Shown: piece after piece, positions 13,173-27,600 of the stretch
How the letters are laid out: each line of letters opens with the position of its first letter
Numbering within the stretch: the first letter of the stretch is position 1
DNA from: Trichoplax adhaerens
Lineage: Eukaryota > Animalia > Placozoa
Direction: 5' to 3'
Length of the DNA stretch: 64,000 nucleotides
Assembly: GCF_000150275.1 (NCBI RefSeq)
Contig: NW_002060953.1
Span: 965,693-1,029,692 of the forward strand
Made by a program: the position numbers and the translations under genes
Notes under the pieces: model-generated
The model's input: the letters and a program-made list of their open reading frames with translations, nothing else
Database searches by the model: none
What the model was told of the DNA's origin: nothing

Positions 13173-15637
13173 ATGATTTCAACATCGACTATTCGTCGAA
13201 GATTATTTTTATTCATTTGCGCGATAGCAGTCATCAATTACTTTTTCATCAGGAGGCATATCAAAAATGAGGATTTGAAGAGACTGCCTGAGCAAGAAGA
13301 ATTAATGAAGCATAGGAGAAGTGTGGTAAGCTGTAATAAGTAGAGTAGCAAACAGACGAGTCAATCACTCTTCATCGTAAACGAGTGGCTATTTCAAACA
13401 TGATTGTAGCTGCTCGATCCACTCTTTACTTTTCAAATAACATCATCAAAATCGACTGTAAAACGATCTAGCCGATCATAATCATTCCATAGTCATACAA
13501 GTACTGATAAATGCACAATATCTTGTTCTATTTCATGCAAGATGGAATAGCAATACATGAAAGTTTAGTCTGTCTACTACGCCAGTGTCAACGTTGTTGC
13601 TAGTCATTGGAAGCAATACTACTCTTGATATTGAATACTGGATGGGTTAGAATACAGCAATTCAATCCATTTAAGTTCAACTAAACGTATTCTACATTAC
13701 TACAGTCAAGTGCAACAGTCCGTAACATTCTTCACTAGTTACATCAAGTAGATGAACACTTTTCTGCTAGTCTTTTGTCAAATTCTTACTCAAAACTTTT
13801 CTAAATATTCCCTTCACATGTTGAACGACTGGATTATAGCATCTGGAAATGTTGTATCTCAGCCTCCCCGATGATCAATCAAACAGCTATAAAATTCACC
13901 AAGAGTTCAGGATTGCTTCTGAAGTAGTACCTGGTGAAACTACGAAAGATGTTACCCTGGTGGCACATTGTACTGTCAATAAGTTACACCTTCTGCTGCC
14001 TCTTGCCGAAAGATGGAACGGACCAATGTCTATCGGTAAAAATGGATAGTATATGCTGCACTAGCTGCTGTAGTAAATTAGCACTAGTTAATACCTTTTT
14101 CTTTTTGCAGTGAAACACAATCTACTATAACTTATACAAGGTCGTCTTGACTTCAACAGCAGCTGTACTAATAGACCTAATTGAAGAGCTAGAGCCCACT
14201 AATATTTTCCATCCTATTCTACTGTAGTTGTTTTTGCTCCTGGAAATGACGCTAGGATGACCAGATTCGCTATTGATGGCTTACGTCAATGCAGCACATA
14301 TATTCGTGACTATGCAACATTTCATCTTGTGTACCCAACAGCTCTATTACCACCTTTTGACGGAGGGACTGGCGAACTATTCACCGAGAGAGAAATGGAA
14401 TATGCAAACTTTTGCCCCGAAGTTATACCGAATCGAATTAAAGCGTTATCGTCCCATAGTAGTTATGACGATGGCTATGTAAGAGCAACAAGATATGTGC
14501 AAAAAATTCACAAAACTTTCAATAGCTGACTACGTCGCTATAAGTTCTACTTTATCGTTCTTGATTCTTAGATTCCCTATCCAAGTAATTTATTGCGAAA
14601 TATTGGCAGAGATTTTGCCAAATCTACCTACGTATTTGTTATTGATATTGACATGGTTCCTAACAAAGGACTATATCATGAGCTCATCAACTTTTTGGAA
14701 GAAAAGAAGTTATTTGATAGCATTGGTAAGTACAGTACATTAATTAGTTATACTGGATTGTACTTAATGAATTACAATTACTAATATGCAAATCAATCAA
14801 CATACTACCTGGAGTACAATTCTACAGCATCTTTTGAGTTTCAGGTTACTCATCAACATTTTAATTGTCTAATCCCAATTACTAATACAATATAACGCAC
14901 ATCGATAGAAAAGAACGCTTATGTCGTTCCCGCATTTGAAATAAACGAAAAGCGCGATATACCTAAAAACAAAGCAGCTTTACGAGAAGCTGCAGCTAGA
15001 CCGTTTTATCACGAAGTGTGCGAGAAATGTCAAAGACCATTGAATTATGATCGATGGTGGAAGTAAGTAATGTGCGTTGTCTGCTAATCGTGATTACAAA
15101 TACATTAGTTCACCGAGCGATTAACGTGTCAGTTACTCTTATGTACCTTAAATTATTTAGCCAGCCATAATCAAGATATTTTATATGTCTTCTATTTTTA
15201 AGAGCGAATAGTAACAAGGGTGTCCTTGGTCCTGCATATACCTTAAACTGGAAAGATCCATGGGAGCCGTTTTACATTATTGATTCGAAATCCCCTTCTT
15301 TTGATGAACGCTTCAAGCAGGTCATTCTAAAAGTGATTTCATGTGTCATAGCAATGTCATGTATAATTTTGCTGCAAAATTTAACATCTTGCAATTTTAA
15401 TACATCTTTCCTGAATTATAGTACGGATTTAACAGAATCAGCCAGGCTTGCGAACTGCACCTTGCTGGTTACAATTATGTAATATTGAATAATGCGTTTG
15501 TTGTCCATCAAGGACTGAAAACACCACATAGTTTTCATAGCAACAAAGATTCACAAAATGCCCGCAATCGAGATTTATTCCGGAAATTTAAGAAAGAATT
15601 AAAAGAAAAATATCCCACCACGGATAGACACTGCTGA
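13173..15637 (+). CDS. B4GAT1: beta-1,4-glucuronyltransferase 1 (GT49 family)
   Basis: Exons 13173..13325 (type II anchor MISTSTIRRRLFLFICAIAVINYFFI), 13840..14035, 14228..14478, 14572..14725, 14909..15062, 15203..15320, 15422..15637. Motifs: WNGPMSI, YPSNLLRN, DxD in [44 protein letters not shown]. Confidence 0.9.
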
Positions 15638-16068
15638 ATATCTTGATTGATTCCCTTTAAAAGCCAACCTAGAATTATTCTAACTTTAATGGCACTAATT
15701 TAATACGCAATTACGTTATTGATAGTCAAACATAACAATGAATGAGGAGTAGTTACCGCAATGGCCATCACTCCATATTCTATACATAGATTTGAGAAAA
15801 TTATATGATCCAAGGTTCTATTTTCTTAATTCATTCATTAATATGTATCTAGTTTCGACTTAATTTTACTGTACATAGATATTTTCTTATTCTGTGTTGA
15901 TGTTACATTAATTTAAATCTTTTCTTAAAGCCGGATATCGTTTACAACAACTGACGGTATACTTCAACAATATGTTATATAAATTACATGAGGTCATTTG
16001 TAATATATCCAACAATTTGATCATATTCATGATAGCGATAAAAAAGTTTTGTTACTTTAATAAATATT

Positions 16069-19000
16069 TTATCTAAAGAGAACAATATCACCATCCAAGT
16101 CATTTGAAGCTGATTTATGCTTTGTACCTTGTTTACCAAACAAGCTAGCGCACAGATTATTCCTGCGTAAATGAACAGTAATATTACTTACTCAATTAGT
16201 ATACAATCATAGAAGTAGTTTGTACGTTATGTTTTCCATTTAGCATACTACATAACATGATGCAAAATGTGTAGAAACGATCAAATTACCTAGCTGTGTC
16301 TGTCCACGTTCCTTGCCTCATTGGCGCCGCGAAACTTATCAACTTATCGTGAACATCATATCTAAATGAACATATGCCAATCGTAATATGAACAAAACAA
16401 AAATTAACAATTTAATCATGTCCACATCAATATATCAAGCAGCCAAGTCTTATTTAACCTTAATTTTCTGCCTTTGCTAGCTTTGGTATCCACTTTACGC
16501 TTTACTTTACTTCTTAGCTGTTGAAATTGTAACCATTGCCTAAAGTCCAACAGAGGAATTCATTTACGCAAATTTAAAAATAAACATGTAGCAACATATA
16601 TCATTCGACTTAAGAAGTTGATTTATTAATAAAAAAACCCCGTGTGGATTGTAGTTTAAAATTACCTTCCCATTGCTAGTGGATCCGAATCTTTATTAAA
16701 TGTGGACTTGTATTCAATAAGTTCTCGTAAAAGCTGCGAAAGAGCATACTAACAATTACCTGAGAAATTGATCGATTAAGTTATGATTTCAAGAATTAAG
16801 TACTATCTACATTCTTACTTGATGGTAAAAATCACTATCATCAAATATTTCTGGATCGTAATCTTTTAAATGGGAATCACGAGCATCTTTATCCTGTAAT
16901 TTTGTATCACATATTAAAATAGCTGACAGGAAAAGAAACCAAAATAATTTTAAAACTTTTTCAATACCCGGGAATCATTGTTCTCAAGATTTCCTAAAGC
17001 TCGAATTGGTATGCGCCTTAACTGAGTCCGTTTAATAAGTCTTTCTTTATCAGACAATATCTACGTATACAACATGAATAATTTTATTGTTAACTATTTG
17101 CTTAAATAACATTTAAGTTTGAGCGACGTTTAAAGTCTTGTGACTCAGGTACTACACAAAGAATCCTAGTAATAACCCTTATTCCAACCTTTTGAATTTG
17201 CTGCGGAACTGACTGATCAAGATCACTAAATTTCTATACAATAAATGAAGAGTAACATATTAAGGTTATTATCATTATCACAAGATTTAGCTCATTACAA
17301 TTACATTAGATTGTCACACCTTGCTATTCAATTTCCCAAAAGCGATTTGAGTTCTATCGCTCCATTTTTTAATAGCAGTACCTCTAAATTTATTTAATAT
17401 CGAAGCTCTTTTATCTATTACTTCATCGTAATTTCCCTATAATAAAATTATCGCATGAATACCCACAAAAAATTGAGTTAGACGAATCAATACATTGTCA
17501 GAAGCAACCGAGTATAAATTAAAGTTAGGGTAACCAAGAGGACCTGACCCCACCAAAGGTATCAAGGTTAAAATTGCCTTAAAAGATTCAATACCTGAAA
17601 TCTCCTCTTTCTGGATTTTCGTTTATCTTCTTTTATCGAGTTGTCACTATCGGATTCTTCTTCCTTCATTTCACTCGAAGAACATTCTTCAGAATTTTTA
17701 GCAACGCTTTTAATCCCATGAACGGTTTCATCATCACTAGGAATTTCATCGTCATCATCACTATCTTTAACGTCTCCCGACTCAGCAAGCGCCTAAACAG
17801 CGTTAAAAAATTGTAACAACTCTTCAATGAGCTACATGCAAATGGAGCAATACTTGATATGATCTAGGAAAACTCTAAAACTTGACAGTGTCATTTCGTA
17901 ACACTGTTTTCATACCTTGTTAGAAGAGTTTAATAGCAGCTGTCGGGTTTCTGGATACTGCTGCATTAACTGTTCTTGTAGCACCAACAACTCGCTTAGT
18001 AGGCTTGCAACTGACGACTTGCATTTATGCAATGCTGTTTGGAATGTTTTACCACCACACTCAATAAAATTGGAATGTATATGAAATTGTGGTAACTGAT
18101 TGGCTACTTGTACTACTGATTGCATCTGAATTCGCCAATCCATGAAACAATCCCATAATTCTATCGATGAAAATTTGATAATAGCATAAGGAAAAATTAT
18201 TTCAGTACACCACTTTCAATTAGCACTGGAAGCATCGCAAATGCAACTACATTAGTATTCTTACGTAGCTGAGCCTTGGTCGCTTCCCCCTTTTCGATCT
18301 CTCCATCAGCATCTCCCTGAGTAAAATTTTGTATCTCATCGTCATCTTCTTCTGACGTATCTACTGCCTCCTCATCACCCCTTTCGCTTACATTTTCATC
18401 TTCTTCACTAGCACCCTGTGCAGAGTCTTCATCTTGATCATCGTTCGCAGTTTGTAAATTCATCAGCTCATTACTTTCATCATCTGAATTAATTATCATA
18501 TTGATATGGTTAGTATGGCGCATCCATTTGCAGTCATTCCATACAGTATAAGAGGAGGTAATTGTAAGGCTTTAAATTCATATATCAACTTGATTCAAGC
18601 ATACTAACTGATAAAAGTAGAATTATGGAGTATACTCATTATTTAATTAACAGTCTATGTGTATGAGGGATTGTAAAACACGTTCAGCTCTGTAAATTGC
18701 TGACATTTTAAAGATTAGTAGTTTATGTTGCAAACTGGAGTCATTACTATTCATGTTCCACGTACGACATAGGTAAAATAAGCATATACGTAAGATCGCA
18801 TGATTACCAATTAAGTGTAATACTACTATGTTCTTACTATTAACGTCAAGTTTACAACTACACACTAGTGCACAGTCGATATTTGAATTACCACTTTGAC
18901 TCAAGTCTTGATCGCTATCGCCATCCAGGCTGGACTGTAATTCAGAATCTTGCTCACTCTCACTTAGCGATTCCTCATCTTCGTCTGTATACTCTTCCCT

Positions 19001-19264
19001 TTGCCGATGAATATCATTCCTACTGACAGTACTTCCTTGATACTTTTTATCGATCTGGTCAAGAAAAGCAACATTGCCCGGTCCTTTTTTCGATTTGATC
19101 AATCTGCTAGCTGCTAATCCTTCATCGCCGTTGCCATCGTGATCACCACTGGGATCACTTGCATGGCACAACTTGGCTGCTGAACTCTCGTTCCAGTAGT
19201 CTTCTTCAGGATCAAACAGAGGTGCTGGATTTTGCAGCTTTTCAATTTGTTCTTTCAGGCTCAT
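16069..19264 (-). CDS. AATF: AATF/Bfr2 (Che-1) ribosome biogenesis factor, multi-exon
   Basis: N-terminus MSLKEQIEKLQNPAPLFDPEED, acidic tract, KGEATKAQL..LWDCFMDWRIQMQ. C-terminal TRAUB region IFDDSDFYHQLLRELIE and VDTKASKGRKLRYDVHDKLISF..NNLCASLFG. Stop at 16069-16071. Confidence 0.9.
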
Positions 19265-19404
19265 GCTTATTCACCAATCGTCATGAATTATACAAGATCA
19301 ATCTTGCAATCAACAGGATATTCGTATGATGCTTTCCTAATGGAGGGGCAAGCTATCATCAATGTCAGTATGGAAGAGAATGGATTTGGAGGACTCGCTT
19401 TCTG

Positions 19405-19760
19405 GCATGCGCAGTGTATTCCACGAAGGTGGTGGTGAGTAGCCGGTAAATGGTACAACTACTCGAACACCCGCTACTATTAAGTGAATTAGACCAAGTT
19501 TACCACAGCAGTTTGAAACATTTGAAAGGATCGGCAGCATCAAACTTTTACAGGCATCCAGTACTGAGACAGCAACAAATCGATAGACAGCAAAAAATTC
19601 AATTTGTAATATTGCAATTTGTATGAAATCGGAGTTCGGTTTGTGACCCTTTCCTAATGCAGACTGGAGGTCACTGTCCTAACCGGAATCAGACAGAAAT
19701 CTGGACAGAATCGTCTGGTAGAACAGCAAAGTAAAACTAAATCCAGTGCGCATGGGCGGG
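19405..19760. promoter_or_regulatory. putative AATF promoter with NRF1-like and GC-box-like elements
   Basis: GGCATGCGCAG at ~19404 and GTGCGCATGGGCGGG at ~19746, in a GC-richer patch upstream of the AATF ATG. Motif similarity only. Confidence 0.25.
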
Positions 19761-20050
19761 TCTTGCTCAGGATTCAGCGAATTAATCCGAAATGTATGCC
19801 ATAAAATTGAGTCAAAAAATCCTTGGAAGCGATTTGAATCATCCCCTTGTTGATGTTCTAAACTTCTCTTATTGGAAATGAGTAATAGCTTGACTGCAGC
19901 TGCTATATTAAGGCTCATCGACTGAAGTTGGTGTTTGACCGATCTTACTGATTCCACCCATAAGACTAATTGCAAAATAGTTCTTGTACAGTGCTACTTG
20001 GACTTTACGATCAATCCTATGCTGGGATTTCAGGAGCTATCACTATCTTA

Positions 20051-21073
20051 AAAAGTCCTTTAGGCCTATTTTATGTGACTAAGGTGGGCTACAATGTTGT
20101 AGAGCTCTGCAATTTGCCAGGATATGCTGAGTGTTTCTAGTAGAGAGTAAATATTTGAAGGATAAGTCAGACCTTAGCTAAGGATGTTGTAAAATGAAAA
20201 ATGTTTTAGGCCCATTAAATGTGACCATGGTGGGCTACGATGTTGTAGAGCTCTGCAATTTGTCAGGATATACTGAGTGTTTCTAGTATGGAGTAAGTAT
20301 TTGAAGGATAAGTTAGACCTAAGCTAAGGATATTATAAAATGAAAAGTATTTTAGGCCTATTAAATGCGATTATGGTGGGCTACGATGTTGTAGAGCTCT
20401 GCAATTTGCCAGGATATGCTGAGTGTTTCTAGTGGGGAGTAAGTATTTGAAGGATAAGTTAGACCTAAGTCAAGGATTTTATAAAATGAAAAATGTTTTA
20501 GGCCCATTAAATGTGACCATGGTGGGCTACGATGTTGTAGAGCTCTGCAATTTGTCAGGATATACTGAGTGTTTCTAGTATGGAGTAAGTATTTGAAGGA
20601 TAAGTTAGACCTAAGCTAAGGATATTATAAAATGAAAAGTATTTTAGGCCTATTAAATGCGATTATGGTGGGCTACGATGTTGTAGAGCTCTGCAATTTG
20701 TCAGGATATGCTGAGTGTTTCTAGTGGGGAGTAAGTATTTGAAGGATAAGTTAGACCTAAGTCAAGGATTTTATAAAATGAAAAGTGTTTTAGGACTATT
20801 AAATGTGACTATGGTGGGCTACGATGTTGTAGAGTTCTGCAATTTGTCAGGATATGCTGAGTGTTTCCAGCGGGGAGTAAGTATTTGAAGGATAAGTTAG
20901 ACCTAAGCTAAGGATGTTATAAAATGAAAAGTATTTTAGGCCTATTAAATGCGATTATGGTGGGCTACGATGTTGTAGAGCTCTGCAATTTGTCAGGATA
21001 TGCTGAGTGCTTCTAGTGGGGAGTAAGTATTTGAAGGATAAGTTAGACCTAAGCTAAGGATATTATAAAATGA
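20051..21073. repeat. tandem array, about 7 copies of a 146-bp unit
   Basis: Anchor GGTGGGCTAC at 20083, 20229, 20375, 20521, 20667, 20813, 20959 (exact 146-bp spacing). Confidence 0.97.
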
Positions 21074-24000
21074 CATCCGATAGACTTATACCGTATTATG
21101 ATCATTATGGACTTAGCCCCATTTGGAAAGTAAACTTACATGCATACAGCTTATAACGACGTAACGTAATTATTCAGTTAATACGTAATCTAGCAAGAAA
21201 CTAGAAATTATTTTAAACGTAAGCTGAAAAGAACATTATAAATAAAGCAGCTTGAGTAAGCAAATATCAATTTCTATTAAGACAAATTACTCAAAAAATA
21301 GACGGGGCATTATTCAGCTAGTAGTTAATAACACGAACTAATATCGTCCACCGTTTCTTCCTTCCAGTACCGAATATTAAGGTAAAGCATTCTAACTCTA
21401 CTCGAGGTAATCTCGATATACGTAGAATATAAACATCATGGAGCTTATCCGTATCAGGATTAAATTGACCTATAATAAAAAAATTAACATGCTCATCGCT
21501 ATGTTCTCTCGTGCGACACTAGGTCAATCACGCAATAATCTCTAAACATTACCAGTCTATCATACATAACACTCATAGCATTGGTATTTATCGACTATAC
21601 ATCATCCAATAACCAATTTACCAGTTTCCATTCAATGCGAGTGTTGAAAGAGTCTAAATAGATTGATTATGACCCAAATTAGGGGTACATAGAAGCATTC
21701 GAACAATAGTTTACTAGATTTTGTTTGAAATAATGACAGCCTATTTCGCGCTAAATATCATACAATATTAATGCCAATGCCCGTAGCGGTTACTATTGTG
21801 AATTGTCTACCAAGACATTGTACTTATAGATTAATTTAATTAAAATATTGATCCATTCTACTGATATGTATGCATATCTGCATAATTAAATCAATCATTT
21901 TTTTGTTACCTTAAATTATACATATTATTTATTGTAGACCAACTAGATACTGATCCATTGACTATACTTCCATTGCACTAAAACGCACTAAAATAGCTGC
22001 AATGCTACTTATACTACAAGTCTAGTAAACTGGTCGAATTATGCGTCAATTTCAGGTCGTAAATAACAAGTAATTCTTGCTGGGACGAAATCTGCTTTAT
22101 CAGTAAATAAATTCTATCGGCAACATTCGAACCACTCATGTATATAATGTACTGTATCAGTAGATAGGATGGAAGCATCTAAGTGTTTCTAATCATTCCT
22201 TAAAATTTATAAAGTTAAAATTTGAAAAGTATTTATGCCGGTATGCGGAGTAACTGAGCTAACTTTTATAACTAAATTGGCCAATGTAACTAGTATTGTC
22301 AAGGATATTCAATGATTGATCTACAAACTTACTTTTAATAAACTTTAAATTATGCAGAATTAATCAAAAAATAATTCGTATAAAAAAATTTAGTCGTTAT
22401 AGAGCTAATCTTAATATTATGCTATCAGAATTTAATTAGAAATAATAAAGTAATAGATAACCCATAACTAATAATGTGATATATTATACTATAAATACTT
22501 ATAATTTGTTTAATTCTTAATATGGAGCGTATAACTCAGCTTAACATTGACCCATGCAGACATTTACTCGTGCTAAGTTACTCACTGATACCATTTGATA
22601 TTAGCAATAGCCAAATATTCTGTGAATGATAATCAAACTAGAGTATATTTTGCGATAGTAAAGGTATAACGATTTGTATTCAATATTTCACTATTTGCAA
22701 TACCAGAAAACTGCAATATGGGTGCAAAACAAATCAATATAACGGCTGGTATAAAATAAAATTAAACATCTTGACCTACTGCTATTTTAAACAATTATAA
22801 TATTCTTGTCAAATTAATAGCCATGGTATTTACGCTTTATTCCCCAGCGTTTAGTTCAATTACTGAGATTCAGACAATTACTAAGTATGAAATATTACTT
22901 TATTCTATATACAGTTATTAATTCTGTAAAATAGTGAATAAATGATAAATACAAGAGCAGGGCTATAAAAATCGACCAAACATACATGAATCTATCTACA
23001 ATCTAAAGTGTAATATTGTATATATATGAAGCATTTTTTTCATCTACTGTTTGTTATTTGAATAATTCCGATACTTCCTAGAATAATAAAAATCAACGCA
23101 ATGAAAATTTACTGACAAACAAATTACTATGTTTAAAGGATATCCATCATTCTCAGATCGGTGCTAATCTATCCAACAGATACTGAAAGAGAACAATTTG
23201 AATACTGCCTCAAAAAATTCTCAATTTTTTTCTAGTTAAATCATTAATACTTTTATATAATTTTCAGTTGTAGCGACACGAAATAGTAAATTTTAACCTA
23301 ACTTAGACTTTAAAATTTTCTTTTTATGTAATTTAATTTACAAATATTAACTGACAGAACATTAATATGAAATAAATATTTTGAAAGTGTGTCGACACAA
23401 TGATGGAAAATGTATCCGAGTTCTTTCTTAGATGTAAGTCTTGATACATGTTACAATACGATGATGAGTAAAGTTATTATTACTCAGTAGGTAATCATTG
23501 AAAGCAATAATAATAATTTGATTTCGTAGTTGCGACAATTCAATCCTTATGGTACTGCCAGCATGCGGCTGAACGGTGAATACTATCCCAGCTATCAATA
23601 ATAACAACTTACTATTTACGGTAACCCAAGCGACGTTCAATAGCTCGGCAGACATTACGTTATATTTACCGTTGCTCTGTCTATCGGTATCAGATGCCAT
23701 TATATCTAATTGATTGATTGATTGATGATCGTAGCGAAAACTTATTGTATCGCTAATTCTGTAGACTATCATAACGAAGTTACTATTGATGGGAAGTCTA
23801 GGTAATTCAATATAGAAAAGGCAGTTACAATTTTACAAGCACTGCCAACCCCTACGAAGAGTAGATAGATGATATACGGAAAGTAATCAATCCATTTTCG
23901 GATTGGTCTGAAAAGCCGTATCATATTACTACATATTAATCATTGGATGCTTTAAATAACTCAGTAAAGATGATTTTTATTGCTATCGAGTAATATATGG

Positions 24001-24334
24001 AAAGAAAAACAATTAGTTACTGTATCAACAATATCCAAGGAGAGGCATGATAATAGATCTTAATGATCATCAGACAAAAATTATTTCGTCGCTACTGCTA
24101 ATGATTCACTTGTTGCTGTGACAGCCAAGAGAGTTGATTTTAGCAGGTATCGATCAAGATTGGTTGCCCAACGATCGAATATTTTCTCCCCGAATAATTT
24201 CTATCATCCCATTTGACAAATTAAATTACTTATTATCTTAACTGATATTTTGCATCACTACTCTAAACTAAATGGATATATACTGTGCAATACTTTCCTA
24301 GTTAATCACAGGGGCAGTCGTAAGAAATCTAATG

Positions 24335-24620
24335 TTATCCTAAATAACGGTTAATAAAGATTGACATAAATGTATTTTCCTATATTCTAACTCGAAAAAT
24401 TTGCAGTCTACTGTTACAATAACCTAAACGGCATAAGGTCAATTTAAATAAATAAATCTCTCTTTATCTAACGAGATTATCAACAGTATAAACTAGATGG
24501 GCAATTTAACAAAAGTTAATAAAGATTGGCATAAGTGTATTTTTTCTCTATCTCACGAGGTTGATTCACCGTATAACTCTGTTAGTAACCTTAATAACAG
24601 TTAATAAAGATTGACATCAA
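24335..24620. repeat. degenerate tandem repeat, period about 85 bp
   Basis: GTTAATAAAGATTG(A/G)CAT recurs at ~24350, ~24515 and ~24600, with a degenerate copy near 24430. Confidence 0.55.
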
Positions 24621-27600
24621 TCGATTTCGTAGCTAGACTAAGCTAGAAAACCATTGGTGTGATCATCTCTTAGCCAAATGGCATAGCTAAAAATACTCAT
24701 TATCTTACTTATTCACCTAATGTAAACCCTTCAGGCGTTTTCTCGCATCTTTGACCCGTTTATGATGATATGAGACTTAAAATTGATTCAACATTACCGT
24801 TATACTTTACGAAATTCCAATCTCTAATTGTTACCCTTAATTAATCTATAGTAGTTTATAAGCTAAGCATCGCTTCAAGGCAATCAATAGAACATAGTAG
24901 GTGCTCTTTCTGATATTATAATTTGATTTAACAGATCCATTCCACTCTTGGAATGATGACGAATATTGATAACTTGAAGGGTTCTTTCCATATCCCCTCT
25001 ATACTCCCTATGCCTTTGTATTTTATAATACTGAAAGCAAGAGCTTTGATGAAAGTCGGCGATATTGATTTCCGTGAATAACTATCCAACTATTCATAGT
25101 TCACGCAATTAAAATTATGCTGGCATCGATTGGTCCAATTATGACCAGCCCTACAGGATTGCGTTTTATTCTCTTCTTTCCTCTATTTTAGCTATTCAAC
25201 AGCTACGATTAAGAGCTATTATTGATCTTGTGACATCATAAACAACTTGTATATCAATAAATTTCCATTCTTTTATTGGAAACCAAGTAATTATTCAGTC
25301 AATAGACCAACTACAAGCTATTTTTCTACAGTCGCTATTCCTCTTTCACCACTATTGTCTGTCCATTGCTATCCAACTAACATTGCCCATTTCAACAATA
25401 AAACTGTTATGCATAATATTATCCGATCATTGTTTACTTCGTTGCCGCCCAAAGATTGTTTCAGAATAAATGGTTGCTTTTCATGGGCCAGAAGTTATTT
25501 ATATGCATATCAGCCATCATACTGTGAATTACATATGAGTAAAGGGCGTAGAACGATCGGCCTTTGTCAATAACAGGGTTTAATTAACATTAACTTTATT
25601 GCCACACTAAATTCCAAACCAGTCTATAGCCTTAACTTAAACCAACCGTCATCATTTTTGGGTGGAAAGATTAGATCTAACTTTGACGTTTATCCTTATT
25701 TTCTCTTCCGTATTTTATCCAAGATTGTCATCACTAGTGAAGTAAGTTGAATTTGAACAATCTTTTTTCTTACCAGACATTTTTTCAATCTATCTGTATG
25801 ATTGTATGTATAGACTATCTCACATTCTTGTAAAAATAGTTTAGGTTAAATTGAGTAAGGTATGATTTTGTTAAATTGTGTCCTATTTCGATCATATTGT
25901 TCTCTATGATCATGATGTTGGTTCGAGTGCTTGGTTTGAGGCACTATAGTGATATTTTAACTCTGAAGAGAAGGAGTAAATTCAATTGAACTCCAGTAGC
26001 AACTGAAAGGGGCGACAGGTTTTTTCCTCCTCGATACTCCACTCGATCTTTGTTAACTTGAGTAAGAATATGGATGAAAATGACCGTCTACTTTTTCGTA
26101 TAATGATGAATCATTTCAATTTTTTTCTTTATGAGTCATAAACAGGAGATTATACTGTCTATGGCCGATCTAATGGCCATAAATATAAAATAACTATAAT
26201 TTTAGTACAAGCTCAATAAGAGTCTTTTCTCTCGAGCTACGCGAGGATAAGCGCACTATCACTTTACGACGTTAAAATAGCCTCCTTGTTATAAGATAGA
26301 AGAGGTGCTCATTATCGGAAAGGATTCCATTCTATTTCCATCCCATTAGCTTAATGTCGCCTTCACGGCTACAATTTTATATATTATCGGCCTTTTAACC
26401 GCCGATCATTAAATAAAAAAGGTCAATCTACGTATTGACGTGGATATTTTTTCTAAATTAGTTAAACTACCGTTATAATTGATTGTTTTTTTCTGTTTAG
26501 CGATCAATTGACCAAACTAAAAGTAGTCCGCAGATCAACGATAGACTCATACATATTTTAATATTATAGGAGGGATTGCGTACATTTATCACATCTTCTT
26601 TTAATTCTACTACTATGATAATGGGTAACGATGAAAGCTTGAATTGGATTAGGATCAGTTGAAAAGGATATTATACACATTGCTTTATTCTTATCCTTCA
26701 GGTTGTAGTAGCAGCCTAGCGAAAGTAACTAATGCACGCTCTTCAAACCCCTGATCTATTCTACATTGTAGGCTAATATTAGTTCTATCATTGTATTTTC
26801 TTAATTTAATCCGAATTTTTCATTTTCATCCCTATCATTACCACTGTAAATATAATTTTTACTAGGATTTAAAAAGTCCACGTTTCAATATAAGTTAGCG
26901 GAAGTTCTGGGCAAGAACAAGTGACCATTGGATAAGATTCATGTCATTGCATAATAACTAGAGATAATTTCGATTAAACTTGAACCTTTTCTATAAATGG
27001 AGTGAAAACTTAGTACCGTATATAATATTTACGGTTTGTGAAGGAAGTCAATTTTAGTTTCAAATTGTATAAGTTGTAGCATCTTTTTTCTCCTTTTCTG
27101 GCTATCTCATCGCTATCCATCGTTTACTGATGGAGAGGAAAGTACTTTGATTGTACATTCTTCTATTCGTCTTATACAAACTGATTTAAATCCTTAAAAC
27201 TACGCCTGCTGACAGATTGAGAAGTAACTGTTGACGATAATTTCTTAAGACAGATTTGCTATGGCTACCTTAAATCCTTGAAGTCCACTATGTATCACTT
27301 TAACGCTAAAGGATTTCGTGTCTTACCTATCTAATGTTAGCCGTTCAAGTCAATTTTATAATCTAGTAAATGAGTCACTTCGTCCAAGTATTTCTGTAAC
27401 TAATGAGCAATAACTGAAATTTGAAGGCTACAATTAAAGTAGAAAAGAATTAATAGACTATGTAGATACATGAGACAGTTGGTAACGAAACTGATCATTC
27501 TATACCCGCATTAAAATTCAATCTAGATGAAACTGATCAGCAACATGAACAGATTTTCTCTCTGATAATCTACCATAAAATTATCTTAAACTTTTAAAAG

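Noticed and set aside
17440-17594. Possible H/ACA snoRNA in an AATF intron (GC-richer stem, ACA)
   Set aside because: Stems depend on many G-U pairs and there is no clear H box or two-hairpin layout. An Infernal/snoReport search would be needed.
19232-19975. Short ORFs upstream of AATF
   Set aside because: No homology cues or consistent splice structure; likely promoter or UTR sequence.
20051-21073. CRISPR array or tandem exon-intron cassette (each unit has GTAAGT and TTTTAG)
   Set aside because: No unique spacers, and the would-be 83-nt exon is not a multiple of 3 and contains stops.
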